Shown piece after piece: positions 53,620 to 64,000 of a DNA stretch of 64,000 bases. A program made the translations under genes and the position numbers. The notes beneath the pieces were generated by a model. It made no database searches. It was not told where the DNA came from and saw only the letters and a list, made by a program, of their open reading frames with translations. Origin of the DNA: Paraspadella gotoi. Its lineage: Eukaryota > Animalia > Chaetognatha. The DNA lies in assembly GCA_051294375.1 (NCBI GenBank), contig CM119263.1, positions 11,819,130 to 11,883,129 on the forward strand, in the 5' to 3' direction. Every line of letters starts with the position of its first letter. Within the stretch, counting starts at the first letter, position 1.

Positions 53620-56600
53620 TTGCTAATCTTCCAAATCAATGAAGTGATATAATATGTTTTTAACTGTTTTAAGTAAATTGTAATGTAATTGTAATTGGAC
53701 AAAATATTCCTAAAATTTTGTTTTACTTAGCTTTTTAAATTTTTGATATTTATGAAAAGCTTAAAATACAACAAATTGAAGATAAGACATACTACTATCA
53801 TATTAAAAAACGACCACTGAAAAATATGGCTTTAATCGAATGCAATCGTTTGCGTAATCGTAATCGTATTTTCCAAAAAAGCTTTCCTTTCTCTTTAAAC
53901 TTTTTCATATTCCGGATATTTCCGCCTAAGTTGAGCTGACATTTTCGTTGACGTGTCACTTTCAAACATAAATGTACGTCGTTTACTGCGTCTTTCCTTC
54001 CGTTGGGACCAGTTTCTTCGCGTTTATCATGGTTAGACTCGGAGAAAACGAGAAGAAAATGGAGTTACAGAAAGAAGTCAAGCCCCAAAAAAATAAGGAC
54101 GCATTCCTTCCAAGGTCTTCCTCGCCCCATCACCCACTATTTCTTTTCCCTCTAACATGTCACCTTTCCACCATCGGAGGAAGCCTTTAAAGCCCTGCTT
54201 CGCCGCGCGCCTATTTTTAACCATAATTCACGAAGGAAGCGCGCAAGGACAAAAATTTGCGAAAAAACCTCCAAACATCTTTCGAGGTTGGGAAGATTAT
54301 GAGTTTTAACAATATCGACCCTAACTCAAGAACGCAACTTTGAACGTGCTTAGAATTTCGTTCTCTTTGTGCACTGCGGTATCAATCGCTTTCCTTCAAT
54401 CGACGCCGTTTACGAAAAACTCGACCATTAACCAAACGCCAATCCCAGTCATAACGCTTGGGCTGATTTTCGACCCCAGTGGGAAATTCTCTAGAGCGAT
54501 TCTCTGCGAAATCTATGGACAAACCCATAAGTCAGGGTCTACCCGGCCCTGCATCCTCATCATCGTCGTCATCCGCAGCGCCACCACCATACTTCTTAAG
54601 CCGACGCATTCAACTTTTTCCTTCGATGCCAAATCGCCGATGATGAATCACTTCAACGATTGAGAGCCGCACCGAAATAAGAAAACTGAAAAAAAAAAAT
54701 TTAAAGGAAATTTTAAATGATGAATAAACTGAAAAGTAACCTTTTTTAATTTTTTTTTTTTTTTTTTTTTTGTTGAAATTTTGGTTTTTTTTATCTATCG
54801 TATATATTAAAAATAACAATAATGATTGATAAGCCACATATTATTCTTTGTTTACCAAAATGTTTAGTACTCTCGTTAATTTCGCATTTTCGCTATATTT
54901 AATTATTTATAAAGGTAAGATATTTTTCTTCATACAGTATTGCAGCTCGTTTTTTCGCTTGATTTGGTTTAGTTACTGTCATTCGACTTTTCAGTGCCGT
55001 GTTTTTCGCCGTCGTCGACGTCGTCTATCTAAGGGTCGACTGTCCAAAGGGTTTATGGAATTTGGTTAAGAGGGAAGAGAAAAACTTTTAGTATGAGATC
55101 GAGAGAGACTTCATGTAAACTTCGTTATCTTTTCTAACAGTATTACTGCCCAAAATCCTCTATTTTACACCCCTGTCTTCACCCTCTCTCCTCTTGATAT
55201 TCTACAGTCTACAGTCTTTTACAGTCTACACTCTAGTCTTAAATTTAAACTTTTCTTTGTCCTTTTCTACTTTTCATCCTAGTTCGACTTCGACAACCCG
55301 ATTGAACATTTGTCGCAGAATTGTCGTTGTTTTTCGTAAACGAAGGTGTGCTGTTTTCCACCCCTTCCTATTGCTTTTTTCATAAATTCCATTAATTCCA
55401 CTAATTCTTTTCCTCTCGTCCGCTTCGTTCTCCCCCTTTTGTCGTCCAAAATGAACATGTCACATGTTTTTATTCAGCGGAGCGAAGGTGACTTTTTACT
55501 TCGCTTCGTTTCTATCCCACTAATTTCTTTTTATATAGTTTAAATTTCAATAATTTATTCTTGTCAATTTAATCATCGTCATCTTCATAGGCTCTCCCAC
55601 CGTTCCTATTGTTCGCCCTCTTCCTCGTCATCCCCCTTTCTCTGAAATAGTATTGTAGGAGAGAGATAATTTGTGGCGACGTCTTTTGTTTTGCAGAGTG
55701 GGAGGCTGGGAGTCACGACCGTTAGTTTGTTTTGCCTTTTGTCTTCGAGGTACTTTCCTTGGGGATCGGCTCGGTTAACATATTCTCTTAAAAATGTTAT
55801 AAGCATTTCCCCTGGCTTTTTTTTCCTTTTTTTTTTTCTTTTTCTCTTTTGCCTTTCTCTCCCTTCTCTACGTATCTCTTTCTCTCCTTAATCTCTCTTT
55901 CTCCATCTGTCTCGCTTTCTCTCGCTCTCTCTCGCTCGGCTTTCGCTCGAAAAACTTTTCCTGATTAAAGTCTTACAAAGTTGAATTGCTAGTCGCCATG
56001 GTGCTGGTATTTCATTCAGTTTTTTTTTTTCCGCGTTACTCCATTTACTCCAACTCGATCAAATGTAAAAAAATATTCTTTGATTTTAAATTTAAGAATT
56101 TTGCTCCAGCAGAAAATAGCAAAGAATGACATGTTTAACCACGATGTTTTTTGCGAGTATATTTAGGGTTATAATTTTTTTTCCATTTTTTAACTTATAC
56201 TTATTTTAAAGAATACTATCATATGTCAGGATTTGAATTTTATTATTTTCCGCTAAATGTTAGATCACTAAATCGGTTTATCGGTCTTATATACATAAAA
56301 TAAAGTAACATAAATAACATATAGGTAGCCTGGCACTGCAATAAGTTCACCCCGGCTGTAAGTATGACTGTTTCAATCGTGACCCGGTGGTTCATTAAGT
56401 AATAAGTAATACCATCAGGCATCAGCTCAGGACCATCTGGTACCCGGATCAATCCCCAATGGGGCGTGGAAAATCCTCAAGACTGGTTCCATCTCAGGAC
56501 CCGTTCCATTGCCGCCCATTATTATATACTGTATAATGCTTTTTTGCATATCTGCGTTTTTACTTTGCCCGACCAAAACTGCAATTATAAATAGGGCACA

Positions 56601-57917
56601 TATAAATTTCCGATCATTCAAAACAAATACTAAACACCACATACATATAACGTCTTACGAATTTGAACGTTAAAATATTGATTATTAATATTTTTACCCA
56701 GTTTTCCAGCTAACTAAAAAGAACTCGGGTTTTCACTGCTGCTTTTGAAAGATCTCATCAATATGCGCGACAGGCGCTGACAGCGACGAAGGGGCGTTTA
56801 TGCAACTAACACTCCGAGGCGTTTCTTATTTCCGCCATTAGCACCATTAGTCTCACAGATCGTTGCTATAGAAACCTCTCGTCCGGTCGTTTCCATGGAC
56901 GCACATCTGCCCGTTCTCAAGTATTGCTGTTTGCTCTCTCCCATGGTTTTTTCTTGTTCTCTCCTTCTCTCTCTTACTCAGTCACGCTCACGCGCACGAA
57001 AATTATGTTATAATAAACAGAATTACGTATTAACATTTTTTCTAATCGAATGTCAAAAATCAGATCGGAACCGAAAAAAAATGATAGAATTTATACGGTA
57101 TATAGGCATTAGTCATACAATATGTTCTATTTCAAATGCCACAAAAAATAGCAATAAAAAAGATAGCCCCCAATGCCCTATAAAAAACTAAACAAAAAAA
57201 ATGAAATAATTTAAATTTAAGTTAATATAAAGTTTATAGTCATTTAAATTTTTTTTTACAAATATTTAACTAATTATTTATTTTTTAAGGAAAACATAGC
57301 TTTTTATGATTAGAATTCAATAATACTCTTAGATTGAGATCTTTAGCTATAGTTTTAATTGTGATATTAATTTCAGCTCATAAAAATGAATTTAAGATAA
57401 AATTTAAATAAATTGCATTTCTTATTTACAGATACAAAACCTATATTGTAAAGGCTATCTTCAACGTTTTTAAATAGCTGATTATGCTCATCTTTTTCAG
57501 AGCTTTGAGTTGATTTATCTTTATTATTTTAATTCTATTAAATAAGGCATAAACTAAAGTTTAATTGATGTTCAAAACCTATTCAAACATTGACGAATTT
57601 GACATCTTGATTCTAAAAATTGCGTGCTCAGGGATAAATAAAATTAAATACGATTATAAAACAGTTTTTAACGATCTTTTATATGGTATCATTCATTTTT
57701 TTCTACGTAAAATACTTTTCAAGCGAGTCTCAATTCCTTCGTGGCATTTGAAATTGATCTTACTGTAGAAGATCTGAAAAAGTTACGAAAGTGCGAGATT
57801 AATCGTTCCTTAGTGTCCTCTCTCTCTCTCTCTCTCTACTCATCGTCTTCTCTCTTTCACTCATCATCTTTCTCTCTCTACTCTCTCTCCGTCTTTTCTC
57901 TTTCCCTTCTACTTCCC

Positions 57918-58735
57918 TGCTTCCGGCGGATTCGGGCGCAAAAAGAATCATCTCAACAACTACCAGTAGCTACTTTTTTCCTATCAGGAAAACGTTTTAT
58001 TAGAGTTTTATTTGTAGTTTATTAGCATCTTTTATTTCCAACAGTGAGGGCCGTTGCCAGGCCAAGGATTTCCTATCCAGGGAGATTTGGGCATAGTTCC
58101 TCTATGATCCTGAGTCCTGAGGTCCGCTGGTCTTGCTGGGGCGCAGTTGTTCTTCTTTCTTCTTGGGAGGCCGCTGAACTGCCCCAGAAGCCTTGTTACA
58201 CTCCTTTTTATAGAAAAACCCTAGCCTACCCTTCCTCCTCATCTACATAAAATAGAGCATCTCATTGGTGCAAGGCTAAGGAACCTGAGTACCCCTTGAG
58301 GACCCTCAGCTCTCCTCTCTCTCCTATTGGCCTGAGGGTTGGTATCCTGAGATCTCTCTTTCCTCCTCTCTCTCTTGCTGAGGTGTGCAAGCTGGTCATT
58401 GGTTCTTCTGTTTTCCCGCCAACTTCTCATTAGATGATCTATGCTTGAGATAGCTGACATAGCAGAGGAGTGACGAGAAAACTTGCTCAGGTACCTATCG
58501 CTTCCTTCCTAACCTCAGGTAGGTGAGCAGGGGCGAGCAGACTAGCTCAGGTACCTCTCTCTTCCTTCCTAACCTTAGGTTGCAGAGCAGGGGCGAGGAG
58601 ACAAGCTGAGGAACCTCTCTCTTCCTTCCTATCCTTAGGTTGCTGAGCAGGGGCGAGAAGACTAGCTCAGGTACCTCTCTCTTCCTTCCTATCCTTAAGT
58701 TGCTGAGCAGGGGCGAGATCCCTAGCCTCGTAACA
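57918..58735 (-). repeat. 3' LTR (U3 tandem repeats, TATA box, polyA signals)
   Basis: Starts TGTTACGAGG on the - strand. About 4 copies of a ~60-bp unit at ~58487-58720, TATAAAAAGG at 58212-58203, AATAAA motifs near 58036-58007. Confidence 0.85.
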
Positions 58736-61700
58736 TCCATCCCCGACCACCCGGTTTTGGTCCCCAAAACTAAAAAACCTATGACTTGTGGCACACGGCA
58801 CCTGCTACAAAAAAATATTCATTTCAACAAAAAAAAGAAAAGAAATTACAGAGACACAATTCTAAAACTTACCTGTAAAAACAGAGACACAATCTTATGA
58901 GGTAAGTGACAAAATCAAGTAACACAGAAAGGATACTTGAATATGTATCAAATCAAATAAAATCAGAATCTTCACAGAATTTGATGAGTTTTTCTCATTT
59001 TTCCCATGGATTGCTTGATTGATAAACTTCTTTGAGACTGCTTCTCCCCGACCAAGATTTCTCAAACAGGTGAGATTTATAGATTTTCCACATCCTTGAT
59101 ATGAGAATTTTTCTTTTTCTCCACACTGCAGACTTTCCTCAATGGTGGCTCTCCCTTGACAGAATGTTGAAATGGATGATAAACTCCCCGACCAGGATCT
59201 TTCCAATGATTGGCTCCAGATTGATGAGATGGGACTTCTTGTTGTCCAATTAATCCTTGTTGTTTAGTTTGCTCTGAAGCAGTCTCTCCCCGACCAGGGT
59301 TTGTTCACAATGAAAAGATTTCTATTTGATCTCTTGTTTCTTGTTGGTTCTGCTTGATCAGAATAGGTCCAGTGAAGAAATTTTGATTTGATTTCCTTTA
59401 GTGAGTTTCTCCCCGACCAAAATTCTGTAGTAGTGATCCTTAAAAAGAGTTTTTTCCACAGTGAAGAGATTTTAGTTTATTTTCTGCTGAAGTAGTTTCC
59501 TTTTGAGGATGAAATTCATTGTGAATGAGTTCAATATTTTTGATAACCGTTGAGCAATTTTGTTAGATCCTCAAAGCCTTTCTGTGAGGGCTTTCCTCCT
59601 TTATTTCCAAGTTTCAGATTATTTCCAATTAATTCTCTTTGATGGTGCGTCCTTGAGATCCAAATTTGTTTCAGTGTTTATTTTTATTTGGTATTTATTT
59701 ATTTTTCTATTTTTGTGGTGACGTCAACTGGCGTCATTTTTCACTTAATATCTCTCCTTCCTGGATGGCATACACTTTAATTTTAACTTCATCGCCCCAT
59801 CAGGTGTCACTACACCTGGATTTTCAAATTTGATGAATAATCTTTAATCCTCAGTCCACGGCTTCACGGGCCGAAAATTCACACTTGGCCAAGAATTTTC
59901 TCCAGAATCCACCTGCGCAGGAATTTAAAATTTAAGTTTCAAACATCCATCTTGACCACCAAGATGAAACAACCATACTTTAGCATCATACAAATCACAC
60001 GTTGATGGAAAGTTGCCAGATGTGTAGAATCGCAGGATGGGCCCTTCCAACGAAATCCAGTGACTCTTAATCCTACACCAACAAACGGTTGATTACACTT
60101 TTCTTATTATTTTTTTTTTTATATTTTTTCAACATTGCCGCTGGAGTTATTTTCTGTAAATTAAACCTTCCGTAAAATTATTTTTAATTTTAGAGAGAGA
60201 CGTTGAAAAAAATATTTTTAATTCTTCACAACAAGTTATTCCCGAAATTCTCCTTTATTTTTCATTTTTCGTTTTTAAAGATGTTTATTTCAGATTCAAT
60301 TTTGATTTTATTTTAGAATTTTACATTTTTACATTCAAAGCCAAATACGAGACGAATCGAAATCCACGAGTCCGATGGGTGTATTCGGCAGTAGCGATCA
60401 ACCTTCTCAGCTTTTGGTCAGAGCTGACGATCGACGAAGGAAAGATGATTCCCATTTCATTTTTCGGCGGCAGCAAGAGACCGTCAAAGCCTATGGTTTC
60501 TTTCGTTGGCGTCCATGGTTAGAAAGAAGTAAACAAATCTTGATAAGAAAAATATCTTAAAAACAGGAAATCACGATCTTGGAGTTTCTGCTTTTTGGTT
60601 TTTCAGAAAAAATTCAGGGTGTAAATATTATGTCAGTTTAAAATTTTAAATTTTAACGGTTAGTTTTCCTCCGTTTTAGCGTGCAAATAAAATTGCCTTT
60701 TAAAAGAAGGTTGAATTTTCATGGATCCTTTTTTTTTTTTTTTCAGTGTGGAAAAACAAAAGATTGACGCGTGGCTAAAATGCGAATCTTTCAATCATTA
60801 TGGTTTTTTTTTCTCTCCTAGTTTGAAATTTGGGATTTTGAGAATATATTTCTGATTTTAATTTTAACTCCATTTTAGTTTTCAAATTCCAGTTTCCTTT
60901 CCATTAAAAATACAGACTCACAGCGTACTCGAGTTTTGTTTTTTGATTTCGTATATATTTTTTATTTTTGTTTTAATTTCATTTTAATTTCGGTTTTTAT
61001 TTCAACGCTTTTTCTGAATTTCATCTGCTGTGGCTTTTCACCACCAAGCAAAGCCAACCAGTGCAATATTATCAGATCATTTAAACTCAGTTTGTATAAT
61101 TTAGGTTGATCCCGTGTCAACCATTGACAGCCAACACTCTCTTTCATGCACTAAGACTCGGCCCACACAACCATAAGGATCCTATGTAAATCCCGGTGGA
61201 TTTCATAGGTGTTTTACGGTGCCGTCAACTGTCATGCATTACTAAAGAGATAGTCCTGCTATGAAGAACTCAAATTCAGGACCCAGGCCACCAATTGCAA
61301 ATCATATGTCATGAATTTGGCTTAGCATCATTCGCAACCTATTGCCAACCAGTTCACGTCATGTTGGTAGTTTTGAAAGAGATGCTCCATTGTCCGCTTG
61401 TCTACAACTTTATAAACGATTTTGACTCCTTTCAATGGAGTCTCCTGACAACGGCTCATTGTCCAGAAATTGGCAGTAGATTGACCCCGCAAGAGCAGAC
61501 AAAATGCACAAAAACCAGAACTCACCATCACTGTTTATTTAAACAACAATCGGGTGGTGAAGCGACAACTAACAAACTCAAAGATCCTGGGCGATTCAAG
61601 AAGCATTGAGCAAGCATTGAAGGATGGGGACCGAAGTGAGTGTTACTGTCCACGTGGACGCGAATCAGGGAGCACACCAAGTTTGATTACAAGTTATTTG

Positions 61701-62073
61701 TTCCACAAGTAGAAACTGTCACATTGGTGGGGAAGAGAACTGTCAAACTGCACAATCAACTGGGCCGCTCTCAGCAAGCATAGATGCCATTAGCAAAGCG
61801 AGCATATTGAGGATGGGGAAGAAAGTGATTGGAACTGCGCAACTCCGGGGCAAATCAGAGAGAATCAGACTGTGAAACAAAATTTTTAAATTTCCATTTT
61901 TATTTTACTCCTATTCATTTTTTTTTTTTTTTTTTTTTAGTATTTTTGACCTACAAGGAGCCCATTCAAGGGAATTTTGATTTTAGAATTTTAAAATTTT
62001 AATTTTTGAAGAAATTTCCATCCAGGATTTTATCCACTTTTGGGCGTTGAGAGCCCAGCAATTGGGCGCCAGA

Positions 62074-62831
62074 TGTTGCGGTTTCGGGCCGCAAAAAAGA
62101 GTCATATCCTACAAAGAACTACCCAGTAGTTACTTTTTCCTATCAGGAAAAACGTTTTATATAAGATTTTTATTGTAGTTTATTAGATTCCTTATTTCCA
62201 ACAGTGAGTGGCCGTTGACAGGCAGGATTTCTATCAAGGGAGATCTTGGGGCTATTTCTATCTATGATCTGAGTCTCTGAAGGTCCCGCTGGTCTTGCTG
62301 GGGCGCAGTTGATTCTTCTTTTCTTCTTGGGAGGCGCGTGGAACTGCCCGAACGCCTGGTTAACTCTTTTTATACGAAAAACTAGCTACTTTCTCATCTA
62401 CTAATAGAGATCTCATTGTGCAGGCTAGATTGATCTTTGGACCTGCAGTTCTCTCTCCTTCATATTGGTGAGGGCTGTGGTATTGAGATTCTTTTTCTCT
62501 CTTTTGGCTGAGTTGTGAGCTTGATCATTGGTTTTTACTGTTTCCGCCATTTTGATGATTATGCTGAGATAGTGAATAGAGGGAGTGGGATTGTAGGTTT
62601 ATCGTTTTTCTATAGGTAGGTTGAGCGGGGCGAAGCAGACTAGCTCAGGTACGTTCTCTTCCTTCCTAACTTAGTTGCAGAGGTCCGGGCGAAGGAGATC
62701 AAGCTGAGGACCGTCTCTCTTTCTTCCTATCCTTAGGATTGCTGAGAGGGGCGAAGAAGAATAGTCTCAGGTAGATCTCTTCTTCTTCTATCTTAAGTTG
62801 CTGAGCAGGGGCGAGATCTAGCCTCGTAACA
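62074..62831 (-). repeat. 5' LTR (indel-rich copy)
   Basis: Colinear with 57918-58735 but with many 1-2 nt indels. Followed on the - strand by TC and the PBS. Confidence 0.85.
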
Positions 62832-63845
62832 CTTCCCTTTCTTTTTTCCCGCGGAGCGAGAGTCTTGGGCCCAAATCTCGTCGAGCTCGTCTCCGCTTGT
62901 TGGCAATAAATCTCGCATTCGAGGTCGGGGTCGGGCCTTCGACGGCCGAGTGAGGCTGGACGCGGAGGGTGTAGGGTGGGGTTTGACGTGGGGTGCAGAA
63001 CCGAAAATGAAAAGGGTCAAAGAGCTCGCTCCAAATGCTCATATTCTTTGACAGTGCGATGTTTTTTTTTTCCCTCTTCCCCCCACTGTAACTTTTTTGA
63101 GCTTTGGGTGTCTTTTTTTTTTCTTTTTTAATAGTTTCAATTTTTTTTTCTTTATTACGACTTTACGTTCTTCCTTTGCTTCTCTTTTTTTTCTTTAACA
63201 TCCTCTCTTCATTTTTTTTTCCCCTTTACTTTCTTTTCCTTTCCATTCTCCCCTATTCCTTTCTTTCCATTTCTTGTCTCAATTTGTTTCAATTCGTTCA
63301 CTCGTTTATTTTTATTCTTTTCTTACACTTTCCTTCTTTTCTTTCTCGATTATTTTTTGGCTTCATTTGTTGTCGAGTGGAGACGTGACTCGACGAGACG
63401 CTTTGGCGCTATTTTCCGGAAGGATCCCTTTTCTGGTCCTCATCCCTAAACTTAATTGTAACCTTAGTCGCCAACCTTAATCCTAATTAAATCCCTAACC
63501 TTAATCCCTAATTTTAATCCCTAATCATTACCTCAATCCCTAACCTTATCTCTCAACCCAAATCTCTTAAATTCTAATCCCTAACCAAAACTCTAAGCTA
63601 AGCCCTATCCCTAATACCTTACCTAATAATTATTCCTTACCCCTAACTTAATCTTGAAAGGCTTACTTCTGAATTTAAGCGCTTGTAACGGATATAGACG
63701 ACGCTTTTATGTCATTGTCTTTCCATGGACAATACTAAGAAAGAGAAAAGTGTTAAAAAAAAGTTTTGTTATTTAAATCGCGCTTTATCTAGTTCTAGTT
63801 CGAATGAGAAGGATGAGATGAAGAGTATGTAATATGTATGTATTT

Positions 63846-63896
63846 ATGTATGTATGTATGTATGTATGTATGTATGTATGTATGTATGTATGTATA
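63846..63896. repeat. (TATG)n microsatellite
   Basis: Tetranucleotide run. Confidence 0.9.
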
Positions 63897-64000
63897 AAGA
63901 GAAGGCAAAGAAAGAAAAAGAGAAAATTTTGTTCAAAACAAAGAAAGAAAGACAGAGAGAAGGACGCGACCGACTGAACGCTCCTTTCCCTTTCCTCCCC

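Larger units (their letters stand above)
57918..62831 (-). mobile_element. LTR retroelement, non-autonomous or degenerate, 4.9 kb
   Basis: Direct repeats 57918-58735 and 62074-62831. Right LTR termini TGTTGCG...CGTAACA. Flanking CTTCCC duplication (57912-57917 / 62832-62837). PBS TGGCGCCCAA (- strand, 62071-62062) 2 nt inside the 5' LTR. PPT-like GGTCGGGGATGGA abuts the 3' LTR. No long ORF. Confidence 0.88.

Noticed and set aside
54340-54663. 107-aa ORF and an overlapping short PPPY-containing frame
   Set aside because: No convincing splice sites or homology.
58487-58720. CRISPR-like regular repeats
   Set aside because: Units are contiguous without unique spacers, lie inside an LTR, and the context is eukaryotic with no cas genes.
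47858-64000. Afadin DIL and PDZ exons
   Set aside because: Searched by eye and none recognised. They presumably lie beyond the window.

Overview
Eukaryotic (metazoan, probably invertebrate) AT-rich genomic DNA, dense in (GA/TC)n microsatellites, with three N-gaps. Most ORFs in the supplied track are microsatellite or intronic noise. Joining exons by hand recovers two genes. (1) The central part of a very large + strand afadin (AF-6/canoe) gene: end of RA2, linker, FHA domain, the ETTFD-x-DG motif, and His/Gln/Asn- and Ala-rich insertions. At least 7-8 phase-compatible exons lie between 5712 and 47857, and the gene extends beyond both window ends. (2) A complete 5-exon, 154-aa, four-EF-hand calmodulin-like gene nested antisense in the ~23-kb afadin intron (9423-32575). 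It ends in -DAYV, which resembles the nectin-type C-terminal motif bound by the afadin PDZ domain. The same intron carries a sense-strand Penelope-type minimal hammerhead ribozyme motif about 100 nt upstream of the FHA exon. A 4.9-kb LTR retroelement (57918-62831, - strand) has a 6-bp TSD, a tRNA-Lys-like PBS, a reiterated PPT-like motif and no intact ORFs. Also present: a possible degenerate GPCR relic, a candidate small membrane-protein gene, MITE/SINE-like repeats, and gap-adjacent inverted duplications that may be assembly artefacts. All family assignments come from remembered motifs, not database searches.
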